A stretch of DNA of 64,000 bases from an uncultured Chloroflexia bacterium (GTDB taxonomy: Bacteria; Chloroflexota; Anaerolineae; B4-G1; SLSP01), in contig CAVVUS010000040.1 of NCBI GenBank assembly GCA_963751345.1, positions 46,610-110,609 on the forward strand, written 5' to 3'. A model generated the notes under the pieces. It was not told the origin of the DNA. It searched no databases and was given only the letters and a program-made list of their open reading frames with translations. Positions 22,611 through 34,000 of this stretch are shown here, piece by piece. Position numbers and translations under genes: made by a program. Position 1 is the stretch's first letter. Each line of letters opens with the position of its first letter.

Positions 22611-25262
22611 TCACTGGTCCCGGTATCGCTCAAGCTCGTCCCACTTGCCGTCCGCCAACAACCGAGCTTGCTCCGGCCAAGTTGCAGCGTATTGTGCGCA
22701 GAGACCCGTCTCGCCGATGATATCGAGCAACCGGTCCGCCGTCAACCGGGCCAACTGGTCGAAGATACGCAGCCCTGCACTGTGCAGTGCTGCCTCGGCC
22801 CTCTCCCCCACCCCGTGAATCTGTCTGAAGTCATCCGGATGCACGAGGGTCCGCTCCTCCAACTCCCCCGTCCGGGAGTCTGCAGCGTATGGCAAGGGCG
22901 TTTCGTGCGCGCTAGCCTCGGGCGCGGTGGCGACTCGCCACCGATAGTCGCTGGCGAGGGACTGTCTGAAATCGGTAAGGACCCCGTCTCGCTTGTCTAT
23001 GGCCCACGCATCACCAGTCCACCTGTACACCAACCCACAGCGAATCTGCTGGGCATAGGGCTGCTGGTTCCATCGATCGATCTCCGCATAGGCAGCGCGA
23101 ATCCAGCCAATGTTCTGGTCGACCCAGCCCAGGTCATATTCGCCTGACGGTCGATGGATATGGTCCATCTCAGTAATGTAGACGGGCACGTCCCGCCAGC
23201 GCGAGGGAATCCGCTCCATGAAGACCCGGTAGGACTGGAAGTTGTAGTAGTGATCCCCAAGTGGTCCCGTGCCGTCGCCAAAGCGCTTCAGATCCGTAAT
23301 CCCGTCGAGGTTGGGACCGTGCGTGTAGGTGTGCAGGATCACACCATCGAGAACGTCGATATTCTCCATCATCGTCTCAAAGTAGTCCAGTGGCCGCCAG
23401 CGTACGTTGCCCAGCTTGGGCATAGGCGCGTAGTTGTAGGGGTCCAGTGCACCGGGACACACCGTCGCGTTGGGGAGCACTGCCTTGATCCTTGCATAGG
23501 TCCGATTGAACGCATCCGCGTACATCTCGGCTGTGATATGCTCCAGGGGATGCTCGAGCCCACCGGGGTGCTCGCGTGGGTTGTTTTGCTCGTTGCCGAT
23601 CTGAATCGTCCACGTATAGTCGGCCGGCGATCGGCTGCTGTCGCCTAGATAGAGCTCCACCCAGCGAGCAGCGGCTGCGGCAAAGTCGTCATAGAAACGC
23701 GACACGGGCAGAGTGCCACCGGGCTCGTAGCCGTGGTTGAGGCGTACGACTACGCCAAATCCCGCGTCCGCCCAGTTCCATACCCGCCTCCGGATTTCCG
23801 GAATGAAGTTGATCGCGTCGACGTAACGCCCACAGATCTCGGTGAAAAGCGTCCAACCGGCCTTGCCGGACTCTATATAGAGCCCGCGAATGCGGTCGCG
23901 CATCAACTGGTCGTCGGACAGGGCGAGCGCGTGGATGCCGAAAATGTGCGGCGAGACGCCGGACCGTACGTCCTCGACGGTAGCTCGCACGCGGTCATCC
24001 TCACGAGCCGGGTAGCGGAGGTACCAGGCGGCAGTATAGCCCTCGTGAAGGGAGGGGGTGCGCACGTGGATCCAGGCGTCGTGCTGTCCCACCTTTCCCC
24101 CCGTGATCGCGGGATCCTCCAGGGACGTCAGGACGGTCCGGTGGGGTATCGACCAGACCACCTCGTGGTCCGTCCCGGGTCCGGCGCGCAGTCTCAGTCC
24201 CAGTCCGGGGCTCTCGACGACAACTTCGGACGCGGGTGTGCCCTCCGGCGGTTGAGGAATCACCGGCTTGGCACCAAAGGGCTTGAGCTTCAGATACCGG
24301 GCCGCACAATACCCCACCTGGCCGGGGGGCGCCTGAACGTGAAGCCAAGCTTCCTGCTGACCCACACGCTCCTCGACGATCTCCAGGGCATCGAGCGCCT
24401 TCATCACGGTGCCATCGGAGAATCTGGCGACCTCATCGTATTCGGTGCCGGGGCCGAAGCGCATCAGGAGGTTCTCACCGGAGGCGTCGACGATGAGAAA
24501 GACCACGACGTCGGGATCGATGGGCGGGCGCGGATCGGCGTCGCCGAGAGAGAGGTACTGGGCCAGCGCCCACCCCACCAGCCCGGTCTCAGTCCTGACC
24601 CATAGCCAATGTCCGTCCCGGCCCACCTTCGCACGCGCGACAGCAGCCTCCTCCAGCGCGTCAAGCGTTGTGCCGTGCTCGACCTCGGTGACCAACTTGG
24701 CACCGGTGAACGGCAGGGCCCATAGGTTCAGCGAGCCTGCTGACGGGCTGTTCACCGTAACGACTAATGACGGATCCGGTGTCTCGAAGGCCAGGTCCGC
24801 ATTGCTGCCAAACTCGACCAGATAGGGCGCGGGGTCCACGAGATCATAGGGAAAGGGAGTTTCGCCACCTATCGTCGCCCCCGCTTTCTTGAGTCCCAGG
24901 TGCAGGTGCGCGCCTTTCGAGTAACCCGTGTTGCCCGAGAGGCCTATCAGTTGTTTGGCCTTGACAGCCTGCCCGCGGAGAACCACGACCTGCGAGAGAT
25001 GTGCGTAGATCGTCTCATAGCCATCGGCGTGCTGCAGGCGGATCTGGTTGCCGTATGGCTTTAGCAACGGATCGGCGAGCGCATTTAGGCGAATGTCACC
25101 CACCAGCCCGTCGCTGACTGCGTAGACCGGACTGTGCTGAGGAGACATAATGTCGATCCCCTCATGCCCCGGCAGCCCGAACTTACCATAGAGCGCTGGA
25201 TTCTCACCGAACTTCTGGGTGATCTTGCCGTACCGCGTAGGCCAGCGCATCTGGAAAGACAT
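22611..25262 (-). CDS. Multidomain cell-wall hydrolase: M23 peptidase, three SH3-like repeats, clan-A glycoside-hydrolase-like barrel, HhH domain
   Basis: M23 motifs HEGID, YAHL and HLH; SH3 repeats (LRLRAGPGT...W.HV...GY); IGNEQN and VYITEM catalytic-Glu-like motifs; DDFRQIHGVG HhH tail. Confidence 0.8.
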   Translation of the reverse strand: MSFQMRWPTRYGKITQKFGENPALYGKFGLPGHEGIDIMSPQHSPVYAVSDGLVGDIRLNALADPLLKPYGNQIRLQHADGYETIYAHLSQVVVLRGQAVKAKQLIGLSGNTGYSKGAHLHLGLKKAGATIGGETPFPYDLVDPAPYLVEFGSNADLAFETPDPSLVVTVNSPSAGSLNLWALPFTGAKLVTEVEHGTTLDALEEAAVARAKVGRDGHWLWVRTETGLVGWALAQYLSLGDADPRPPIDPDVVVFLIVDASGENLLMRFGPGTEYDEVARFSDGTVMKALDALEIVEERVGQQEAWLHVQAPPGQVGYCAARYLKLKPFGAKPVIPQPPEGTPASEVVVESPGLGLRLRAGPGTDHEVVWSIPHRTVLTSLEDPAITGGKVGQHDAWIHVRTPSLHEGYTAAWYLRYPAREDDRVRATVEDVRSGVSPHIFGIHALALSDDQLMRDRIRGLYIESGKAGWTLFTEICGRYVDAINFIPEIRRRVWNWADAGFGVVVRLNHGYEPGGTLPVSRFYDDFAAAAARWVELYLGDSSRSPADYTWTIQIGNEQNNPREHPGGLEHPLEHITAEMYADAFNRTYARIKAVLPNATVCPGALDPYNYAPMPKLGNVRWRPLDYFETMMENIDVLDGVILHTYTHGPNLDGITDLKRFGDGTGPLGDHYYNFQSYRVFMERIPSRWRDVPVYITEMDHIHRPSGEYDLGWVDQNIGWIRAAYAEIDRWNQQPYAQQIRCGLVYRWTGDAWAIDKRDGVLTDFRQSLASDYRWRVATAPEASAHETPLPYAADSRTGELEERTLVHPDDFRQIHGVGERAEAALHSAGLRIFDQLARLTADRLLDIIGETGLCAQYAATWPEQARLLADGKWDELERYRDQ

Positions 25263-25359
25263 TCAGAGCCTCCTCGCCTCGCGGACACCCGCAAGCGCGC
25301 CAGGGGGACCGTAGGGTTACAGTTAGGTTACGATTGCGTGAACAAGACAGCGCGCCTTC

Positions 25360-25388
25360 AGTATAAGAGCGGTTATGGACTATGTCAA
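25360..25388 (-). promoter_or_regulatory. Sigma70 promoter for the M23-Roco operon
   Basis: Minus strand TTGACA, 17-nt spacer, TATACT; about 100 nt upstream of ATG 25262. Confidence 0.7.
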
Positions 25389-25491
25389 CAAAAAGTCGCT
25401 ACCCCCAGGGGGTTGCGAAGTTCGGCGCAGCAGGTAGAATCCGGTTGGTGTCTGAGAGGCATTCGCGCGACGCGTTTCGTCTCATAACCGC

Positions 25492-26517
25492 ATGCGCGGA
25501 ACGTGCTCAAACCAACCCATAGGAGAGAGGGATTCCCTGAACGAAGGACTGATTGTCAAGTCACAGAGCGGCTTCTACGCGATCCTGACCGATGACGGCG
25601 AGGAGATCGTCGCCAGCGTCCGTGGAAGGCTAAAGAAGGAACGCAACGAGGCGACGTTGGTCGCTGTAGGCGACCGCGTCGTGTGGCAACCCCTGGTCGA
25701 TGGCGGCTACGTCATCGAGGACGTTCTTGAGCGCCGGCGCACCCTCTCCCGGCTCAAGCCCTTAGCGTCGGGGCGGGGAACGCGCCGGTGGGATCGGCAG
25801 GGCTATCTCAGGGAGCAAGAACAGGTCATCATTGCCAACCCCGATCAGGTCGTCTTTGTGGTGGCCTGTGCCAACCCAGAGCCCCGTCTGAAGATGCTCG
25901 ACCGGCTCCTGGTCGGCGCCGAGCGACAGGAAATCCCCTCGGTGATCTGCGCCAACAAGACCGATCTGATAGGTCTTGAGGCGGCGCGCGCGCTATTCGG
26001 GGTCTACGAGAAGATCGGCTATCCCGTCGTCTACACCAGTGCACGGACGCACGCGGGGATCGACGAGTTGCGTGCGCATCTGGTCGGCGCCACGTCCGCC
26101 CTGATCGGACCCTCCGGCGTGGGCAAATCGAGCTTGCTCAACGCGCTTGAGCCGGGGCTAGGACAGCGTGTGATGGACGTAAGTTCCGCCACGGGCAAAG
26201 GGCGTCATACAACCACGGTCGCAGAACTTGTGCCGCTCGCGGCAGGAGGATGGGTCGCCGACACGCCCGGGATTCGGGCATTGGCGCTCTTCGATCTCGA
26301 CCCTGAAGAGATCGATGCCTACTTTCCGGACATCGCCCCGTATGTCCCCCAGTGCGCTTTCTCCGATTGCACCCATACCGTCGAACCAGGCTGTGCCGTG
26401 ATCCAAGCCCTCGAGCGGGGAGAGATCGACCGGCACCGCTACGAGAGCTACGTCCGTCTCCACCTGGAACATAGCAAACTCGCCGACATGTATTGGTGGG
26501 GCATCGACGAAGGATAG
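25492..26517 (+). CDS. rsgA: Ribosome small subunit-dependent GTPase A
   Basis: OB fold (AVGDRV), NKTD, GPSGVGKSSLLN, GRHTT, DTPGIR, CAFSDCTH..EPGC. True start may be near 25537. Confidence 0.95.
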   Translation: MRGTCSNQPIGERDSLNEGLIVKSQSGFYAILTDDGEEIVASVRGRLKKERNEATLVAVGDRVVWQPLVDGGYVIEDVLERRRTLSRLKPLASGRGTRRWDRQGYLREQEQVIIANPDQVVFVVACANPEPRLKMLDRLLVGAERQEIPSVICANKTDLIGLEAARALFGVYEKIGYPVVYTSARTHAGIDELRAHLVGATSALIGPSGVGKSSLLNALEPGLGQRVMDVSSATGKGRHTTTVAELVPLAAGGWVADTPGIRALALFDLDPEEIDAYFPDIAPYVPQCAFSDCTHTVEPGCAVIQALERGEIDRHRYESYVRLHLEHSKLADMYWWGIDEG

Positions 26518-26676
26518 GAGCCGGAGATTGTTGCCTAAGCCCGGCCTCCCGGTACAATGTAAATTAGTAGACGTTGGTCTGACTTAGCGCCGACCGCTTC
26601 CGGGCAGGTATGTGGCGGGAGGCCGCGTCACGCAGGACTGAGGATTCGCCGGACATTCCGGCACGGAGGATTACTG

Positions 26677-27378
26677 ATGCACAAGAGCAGAAGTCCCATC
26701 CTGATCGTCGTCACCTTGCTGCTGTTTGTCGCGGTTGCACCCGCACAGGCCGCACCGGTGTTGCCGGCGTCCCTCACTCAGCCATCGCTGGCCACGGCGC
26801 TGCCACCGCTCCCACAGTGGCCGATCATAGGACCCATCCTCAAGATGCTGGGGGTCGTCCCGGCACAGCCGCCCGCGGAGATCTTGCCGGTGCCGGATCC
26901 CACCTTGCCTGAGTATAGGGTCAGCACGCTGGACGACCTGAACCAGCTTCAGGACATCGAGCCGGGGCAGCACGTCCGCGTCGTCGCCTCCGACGCGGAC
27001 CTCAACCAAATCGCCAAGCAGGTGCTGGACGAGAAGGTAGGAAGCGGTGCCAGCGCAAGCGTTAGCTTCGACACCAATCTCATCGCCGTCCAGGCGACAG
27101 GCAGCGCCGATCTGATCAAGCAGATCGGCTTCGACGTGCCTTCGCTGGTCAGGGGGACCCTCACCTTGAGCACCACGATGACCGTCTCGGCGGCCAACTG
27201 CCGCCCCGTGGTCCAGATCCAGACGCTGGGCGTCAACGGCTGGAGCGTAGGCTTGCGAGGCATCGTGCAGCGCGGCCTCAACGCGCAGTTGCCCGGCATG
27301 TGGCCCACCGACGTCTGCGTGGAGAAGGTGATCGTCACGCCCGGCGAGATTGCCGTCGAGGGCTATAGAGTCCCGTAA
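26677..27378 (+). CDS. Secreted hypothetical protein
   Basis: SD GGAGG and a Sec signal peptide ending in AQA; no recognised domain. Confidence 0.7.
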   Translation: MHKSRSPILIVVTLLLFVAVAPAQAAPVLPASLTQPSLATALPPLPQWPIIGPILKMLGVVPAQPPAEILPVPDPTLPEYRVSTLDDLNQLQDIEPGQHVRVVASDADLNQIAKQVLDEKVGSGASASVSFDTNLIAVQATGSADLIKQIGFDVPSLVRGTLTLSTTMTVSAANCRPVVQIQTLGVNGWSVGLRGIVQRGLNAQLPGMWPTDVCVEKVIVTPGEIAVEGYRVP

Positions 27379-27390
27379 GGAGGGCAAATC

Positions 27391-28332
27391 GTGAAGTATC
27401 GTCTGATGGGCAACTCCGGCCTGCGTGTCTCAGTCGTGGGCCTGGGTACAAACCGGTTCGGTAGCAAGGTCGATCAGCAGGGCGTCCACGCCATCATCGA
27501 CGCTGCGCTCGACCTCGGCGTCACCCTGATCGACACCGCGGACACCTACGCCGGAGGGCGCTCGGAGGAGACCCTCGGCGTGGCGCTCAGAGGGCGATGG
27601 GATCACGTCGTCCTGGCCACCAAGGTCGAGAGCCCGACGGGCAAGGGGCCCAACGACCGCGGCGCCTCACGCTACCACATCATATCGGGCGTCGAGGCCA
27701 GCCTGCGGCGGCTCGACACGGACCACATCGATCTCTACCAGATGCACCACTGGGACGACGATACACCCATCGAGGAGACGCTTCGCGCGCTCGACGACCT
27801 CGTCACCTCCGGCAAGGTGCGCTACATCGGTGCGTCCAACTATGCATCGTGGCAGCTCGCCTACGCCAACCTCCTGGCCGAGATGCGAGGATGGACACCC
27901 TTCGTGACAGTCCAGAACCACTATCATATGCTTGAGCGCCAGATCGAGCAGGAAGTTCTGCCCTATTGCCACGCCTACCAGGTCGGCGTCCTGCCCTTCT
28001 TCCCGCTGGCTGGCGGCTTCCTGACGGGCAAGTACCATCGCGGCGAGCCCGCGCCGGCGGGATCGCGTGGGGAGTCGAATCGTTACGTCCAGCAGTACAT
28101 GACTGACGAGAATTTCACGCGTGTCGCGCGGATGAGCGCCTGGGCCGAGGCCCGCGGTCACTCGATGGTCGAGCTGGCCCACGCCTGGCTACTCGGGCAC
28201 CCGGAGGTCTGCTCCGTCATCTCGGGCGCGACCAAGGTCTCCCAGATACAGCAGAACGCCGCGTCGGCCGAGTGGGACCTGGATGCCGGCGACATGGCGG
28301 AGGTGAATGCGATCCTTGAAGGGACAGCGTAG
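27391..28332 (+). CDS. Aldo/keto reductase
   Basis: GLGTNRFG, DTADTY, SLRRLDTDHIDLYQMH, GKVRYIGASN, PLAGGFLTGKY. Confidence 0.93.
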   Translation: MKYRLMGNSGLRVSVVGLGTNRFGSKVDQQGVHAIIDAALDLGVTLIDTADTYAGGRSEETLGVALRGRWDHVVLATKVESPTGKGPNDRGASRYHIISGVEASLRRLDTDHIDLYQMHHWDDDTPIEETLRALDDLVTSGKVRYIGASNYASWQLAYANLLAEMRGWTPFVTVQNHYHMLERQIEQEVLPYCHAYQVGVLPFFPLAGGFLTGKYHRGEPAPAGSRGESNRYVQQYMTDENFTRVARMSAWAEARGHSMVELAHAWLLGHPEVCSVISGATKVSQIQQNAASAEWDLDAGDMAEVNAILEGTA

Positions 28333-28370
28333 CCGGTCGCCACGCTTCCCGGACGAGATCTCGCTCCACC

Positions 28371-29108
28371 ATGAAAGTCACCAAGCTCATCCTGCGGCGC
28401 GCCCTGAACGCGCTTGCACGTTTCCTCACGGGTGTACTGCTGAAGGTCGACGCGGACCAGTTGGCACGCATCCCGCTCAAGGGACCGATCATCATCATCG
28501 TCAACCACGTCAATTTGCTGGAGCTGCCGACGATCTACACGCGGATCAGGAGCGACCTGGGCACGGGGTTCTCGAAAGCCGAAAACTGGGACAACTGGAT
28601 CTACCGCGTGCTCTTCAATAACTGGGACGTGATCCCGATCGAGCGCGACGCGCTCGACGTGTCGGCGATGCGCAAGGGGTTTGAGGCACTGGACAATGGT
28701 AGGATCCTCTTCATCACACCGGAGGGGACGCGCAGCCACGATGGGCGTCTCCAGGAGGGCAAACCCGGCGTCGTCCTGATGGCGCTGCGAAGCGGCGCAC
28801 CGGTCTGGCCGGTCGCGTGCTACGGCGGGGAGGCCTTCTTCGACAACCTTAAGCACTTCCGCAGGACAGAATACCACATCGCAGTGGGGAATCCCTTTAG
28901 CGTCCAGGCGACCAGGGGCCACGTCACCGGCGCCGTGCGGCGGCAGATCGTCGATGAGATGATGTACCAGATCGCGGCGTTGCTTCCCCCGCGCTACCGG
29001 GGAGCCTATAGCGATATGGAGGCCGCGACCAAAGAATTCCTCGTCTTCATCTCACCGGGGCAGAACAATCTTTCTCGCACGGAACCGTCTAGTGCTCAGC
29101 CAACCTAG
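28371..29108 (+). CDS. Lysophospholipid acyltransferase (PlsC family)
   Basis: NHVNLLE (NHxxxxD/E) and ITPEGTRS motifs. Confidence 0.85.
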   Translation: MKVTKLILRRALNALARFLTGVLLKVDADQLARIPLKGPIIIIVNHVNLLELPTIYTRIRSDLGTGFSKAENWDNWIYRVLFNNWDVIPIERDALDVSAMRKGFEALDNGRILFITPEGTRSHDGRLQEGKPGVVLMALRSGAPVWPVACYGGEAFFDNLKHFRRTEYHIAVGNPFSVQATRGHVTGAVRRQIVDEMMYQIAALLPPRYRGAYSDMEAATKEFLVFISPGQNNLSRTEPSSAQPT

Positions 29109-29122
29109 AGGTCGCGATCATC

Positions 29123-29143
29123 ATCCTTCGCCTGCGGCTCAGG
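29123..29143. repeat. REP-like element family A, partial copy
   Basis: ATCCTTCGCCTGCGGCTCAGG, identical to the core of the copies at 37065 and 50583 (reverse complement). Confidence 0.75.
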
Positions 29144-29225
29144 GTCTCAGTCCTGCAAGGCCCAGGATGCCACTTCGCACGAATCGAGCCAACTAACCAC
29201 CCAGCCATTAGCCAAAGGAGGCACG

Positions 29226-30230
29226 ATGAACTACAAAGTATTGGGCTCCACAGGCGTCAAGGTCTCGTCGCTCTGTTTCGGGACGATGTCCTTCGGCGAC
29301 GACGCCGACGAAGCAACATCCGCGGCGATGTTCCACCGCTGTCGCGATGCGGGGATCAACTTCTTCGACTGTGCCAACGTCTACGCGCACGGGCATTCCG
29401 AGGAAATCCTCGGTGCCCTGATCGCCGGCGCGCGCGACGAAATCGTCATCACCAGCAAGGCTTATTTCCCCACGAGCGGCGACGTCAACGCGCGCGGCGC
29501 ACACCGCCGCCACTTGATGCAGGCTGTCGAGGGTAGCCTGCGCCGCCTGGGTACCGACACCATCGACGTCTACTTCATCCATCGCTTCGACGAGACGACG
29601 CCGCTGGAGGAGACGCTGCGGGCGCTCGACGACCTCGTGAGCCAGGGCAAGATCCTCTATCCTGCGGCGAGCAACTTCGCGGCGTGGCAGGTGGAGAAGG
29701 CTCTGGGCCTCTCGGCGCGCCACAGTTGGGCGCGCTTCGAAGTACTCCAGCCGATGTACAACCTGGTCAAGCGCCAGGCCGAGGTGGAGCTCCTGCCGAT
29801 GGCTCAGGCCGAGGGACTGGGCGTGACCCCCTATAGCCCGCTGGGCGGGGGCCTGCTGACCGGCAAGTACGGCGTGGACAAGCGGCCCGAGCACGGGCGG
29901 CTCGTCTCGAACGCGATGTACATGGAGCGCTACGCCGACGACTGGCTCTACCGCACGGCCGAGGACTTCACGACCTTCGCTAAGCAGAACGGCTACAACC
30001 CCGTCAGCCTGGCGGTCGCCTGGGTCGGTGGTCACCCTGCCGTAACAGCGCCCATCATCGGCGCTCGCAACGTCGACCAACTGGAGGGCTCGCTCGGCGC
30101 GCTGGATATAGATATGACACCCGACCTGCGGGATGCGATCTCCGCGCTCTCGCTAGAACCGCCTCCCGCGACCGACCGCAGCGAGGAGAAGACCGGCGAC
30201 AAGTTCAGCGCGAAGCTGACCAAGAACTAG
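29226..30230 (+). CDS. Aldo/keto reductase
   Basis: LCFGTMSFG, DCANVY, SLRRLGTDTIDVYFIH, YSPLGGGLLTGKY; SD AAGGAGG. Confidence 0.93.
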   Translation: MNYKVLGSTGVKVSSLCFGTMSFGDDADEATSAAMFHRCRDAGINFFDCANVYAHGHSEEILGALIAGARDEIVITSKAYFPTSGDVNARGAHRRHLMQAVEGSLRRLGTDTIDVYFIHRFDETTPLEETLRALDDLVSQGKILYPAASNFAAWQVEKALGLSARHSWARFEVLQPMYNLVKRQAEVELLPMAQAEGLGVTPYSPLGGGLLTGKYGVDKRPEHGRLVSNAMYMERYADDWLYRTAEDFTTFAKQNGYNPVSLAVAWVGGHPAVTAPIIGARNVDQLEGSLGALDIDMTPDLRDAISALSLEPPPATDRSEEKTGDKFSAKLTKN

Positions 30231-30631
30231 AACCGCTCCGAGATCAGCCATTCCTTCGCGGCTTCGTAGTCGTCGAAGAATTTGCTGTTCCGGGGCCAGG
30301 AGACGCCTTTGACCCATGTGTCGTAGATGCGCTCGATCCGCGAGACGTACAGGATCGCCATCTTTCGGATAGAGTTCTTGGGTTGAGTTGCCCACCGACC
30401 AAAGAAAGAGGCGAGCTCCGGCTGAACGGTGGCACGATGAAGTGCCACCGCTACAAGAAGCGAATTCTCCGGGCTGCGCGAGATCACGGCCTCCGAGGCT
30501 GCGATCTCGGCGATCAGTCCGGCGCGGTCTGACCCAAACTCAGAGAAATCGAGACACCAGAGCGGCACCTCGCGATACGTGACCCACGTGGCACGCGCCC
30601 GCTGATTCACCGATCTCTGTGACCCCGCCAC
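30227..30631 (-). CDS. Hypothetical protein (possibly STAS/SEC14-like)
   Basis: Ends in KFFDDYEAAKEWL, a pattern seen in SpoIIAA-like proteins; overlaps the upstream small ORF. Confidence 0.6.
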   Translation of the reverse strand: MAGSQRSVNQRARATWVTYREVPLWCLDFSEFGSDRAGLIAEIAASEAVISRSPENSLLVAVALHRATVQPELASFFGRWATQPKNSIRKMAILYVSRIERIYDTWVKGVSWPRNSKFFDDYEAAKEWLISERF

Positions 30632-30801
30632 CGATCGAGCGCTATCGACAAGCCCCCGGTCAGGATGCCGATCCCCAAGCCCAGCCCGATATTGCCCAGA
30701 GCAGCGCCGAGGGCGACGCCCAAGGCTATTCCAACGCCCATGCCGGTTCCGGCCCGCTTGACCCGGTCATCCCTGGGATGCTTGTCGCTCGAACCATCCA
30801 T
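30607..30801 (-). CDS. Small glycine-zipper membrane protein
   Basis: SD AAGGAG, ATG 30801, GMGVGIALGVALGAALGNIGLGLGIG. Confidence 0.65.
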   Translation of the reverse strand: MDGSSDKHPRDDRVKRAGTGMGVGIALGVALGAALGNIGLGLGIGILTGGLSIALDRWRGHRDR

Positions 30802-31069
30802 TGCTCCTTCTCCTTCGGAGACCCCGTGCCCATTCTCTCGCCCGAGAGGGGGCCCGAGTCCCAAAAACTGTCAGCCCTTGCCAGTCACTGCCTGACGCAG
30901 TATAGCGCGTTCCATCCCGGAAGGTACGCGTTCACCTACGCAGGGTCGCTGGTACCGCGACACCTACCTTCCGGGTTGCTGAGGAGCAACCCGGAAGGTC
31001 CCACAACGCAGGTGCGTGCCGCTTTACCGGCGCAGACGGCGGTGCCCCGCTGGCACTTCGCCCTGTCTC

Positions 31070-34000
31070 CTACTCCCCGCCCACCACCGTCAGCGTCAAT
31101 GGTGCTGACCTCCGCCGCGGTGCCCGGGTTATAGTAGTCGTATGCCGTGCTCGCCGGCGTCTGCGCCACCAGCGGGAAGGACGCTCGCAGACGATAGCTG
31201 AAACTGAGCGGCTGCTCTGCTGTCAGGTTCGTGACGTAGAGGATGATCTGGCGTCCCGTCAGTTCGTACCGCTTGACCTGCGCGTAGGGATAGTCCTCGG
31301 GCACGTCCTGGAAGCGGGCGACCAGCCGGTCCAGATCCTCGGTCTCCACAGTGAAGCCCGGCGGCAACCCCAGGTCGATGATGGTCTGCTCGGCCGAGCT
31401 GCCCGGCTCGTTGAGGCTCACGCTCACGTCCACGCCCACCGTGTCGTCGACCGCGAGCTCGGTCCGGTCGTAGCTTACGTCGATCGTCACGAGGTCCTTG
31501 GCCGGAACCAGGTCGGGGTAGTCGCTCAGCCGGTCCCAGGGCAGGTAGTAGTCGGTCGCGACCTGGTACATCAGGTTGCCCTCGCCCTCGATCGCGATGC
31601 CCACCTCCACGTCGCGGCCCACCGGCACGTCGTCGTAGACGACCGACTGCACGACGTCGAAGGTCTCGGGCGTGACCCGAACGGTGCGCGTCTGCCCGCC
31701 GTCGAGCGTGATCGTGACGGTTGCGTCGACGTTCTCCGCGCCGGAACGCACGCTCTCGACGAAGGCCTTGAGCGCCATCACGGTCGCCGACGTCGTCTCC
31801 CACGTGCCGAAGCTGTCCTTGCTGCGGACGAGGTAGGTGAGCGCAGCGCTCGCCAGATCGGGCTGGCGGCCCGCGCGCAAGAAGGCCAAGCGCCGCGGAG
31901 GCCGTCGTCTCCAACCGCCCGCTGGTGCCATAGCCGCCCATATAGGTCTCGCGTCCGGCATCCCAGAAGGCCGACTCGCCCTCGCGCTGCGCCATCCCGG
32001 CGAGGCGGGCGAGCACGCCCTCGGTGGCACCGGTGATGCCGCCGGTCTTGACGTCGACCGCGACGAGCGCGTTGGCCACCATCGCCAGGTCGTAGGCCGT
32101 CTCGGCCTCTGAGGCGTTCTCGCGCAGGAAGCTCGCCCCGCGCTGGGTCGCGGCATCATCCGCGTAGCCCGCGTCGGCCAGCCCCCAGACGATCCACGCC
32201 GTCACCGGCACCCGGCCCGTCAGGCCGGTGATGCTCGTCTCGTGGAAGCCCTCGACACCCTCCCAGGAGCCGTCGCCGTTCTGGTGGGCGATGAGCCAGT
32301 GGGCGACCCGTTGGATGAGCGCAGGATCGACGTTCGCCACGCGACTCATGTCGCCGAACTCCTGCAGGCCATAGGCGGTGAGCATCGGGTCGGCCGGCGC
32401 CTCGCCGAAGAGGCTGAAGCCGCCGGGGTCGCCGTCGACCTCGAACGTGGTCAGCCGCTGGTAGCCGAGGTTGATGTACTCCTCCGCCTTCATCTGCACC
32501 TCGGGCGAGGCCTGCTCCGTGGTCTTGAGGTAGTCGAGCACAAGTATGTTGGGATAGGTGGTCGACGAGGTCTGCTCGAAGCAGCCGAAGGGCATCCGCA
32601 GCAGCGCGTCGAGCCCCTCCACCACCTGGCTGACCACGCCGGGGTAGATCTTGACCGTCAGCCGCTGGGTGCCGGCGATCGCGTCGCCGGGGACCTGCAC
32701 CGGCACCGCCGCGGGCACCGTCGGGCTCAGCTTGTCGGAGACGGCGAAGCGAAGCTCCTTGCCGTCGGGGTAGACCCGCACGTCCTTCTGGATCGCGTCG
32801 GACATCTGGCTCCCGTACGCCGTCACCTTGAAGGGCTGCTGCCCGAAGGCCAGCGCCTTGATGCGGAAGTAGACGACGGTGATGTCGTTCGACGCGATGG
32901 TGATCTCCTTCTGCGCGTCGTCGACGAGCTCGAACCACGACGCCTCGGTCACCTCGAGGCGGACCGTCTGGGACTCCGGCAGGTAGTTGTAGACCGCGAC
33001 CGGGACAGCGATCTCGTCGCCGACGGTGAGCGAGCCGGGGAGATCGAGGTCGATGAAGAAGTCCTGGAAGACGCGCAGCGAGCCCGTGGCGCTGCCCAGC
33101 CGTCCATCCTGCGAGGAGGCCAGCGCTGCGATGCGCCAGGTGGTGATCGAGTCGGCCACCGGGACGTCGACGGTCAGGTGACCCTCGGCGTCGGTGATCT
33201 CGTCGGGCAGCCAGAGCATCGTCTCGGGGAAGAACTGGCGCAGCCGCGGCTCGGCGGTCTGTGCCACGCCGCTGCCGGCGGCCTCACCGGTTGTCGCGCC
33301 GTCGTTCAGGAGTCCGGCGGCCTTCTCCGCCACGGCCGTAGGCAGAGCCGCGCCAAACGCACGTTCCAGCATCGGCGGGGCCATGGCCTCTCTCCACGAC
33401 AAGGCCCTGGTCAAAAGCGTCCGCGGCGCCCATCACGCCCATCCCACGCCCATAGAAGCCCAACCCGAAGACGGGCACCAGCCCCACCAGCAGCAGGATG
33501 GCTACCATCGTGGACGAGACGCCCGCAAGCGCGCGTTTCTCCCAGATCAGGCTCGTGCCGCGCAGGAGGAAGGCCAGCGGGAAGAGCAGAATCGCGATCA
33601 AGCCCACGATGAGCACAGGGTCCGCGGAAGAGACGTCGCCGTGGTCGACCGACCAGCCCATCACGCCGCCCACGACGATGGCGAGCGGCACTACCGCGAG
33701 CAGCAGGCCGATCGTGAGGTCCTTGCGCCGTATCGCCGTCACGATCAGCACGATAAGACCCGCGACCCCGAGCAGGCCAAGCGATAGGACCACGACCGTC
33801 GTAAGCACCTCCTGCGTCCGCCAGAAGACATTGTCCGCCAGCCAGACCAGGCCCAGGAGGCTCAGCCCGGCAAGGATCACGATCGCCACAGCGAGGCCGA
33901 GGCTTTTCCAGAACGCCCGCGCGCGGGCAGCAGCCACGCCGCTGAGCACCACCGCCGCGAGCGGCAGGAGGACGAAGGCGCCGAACGAGACCGTGGCGAG

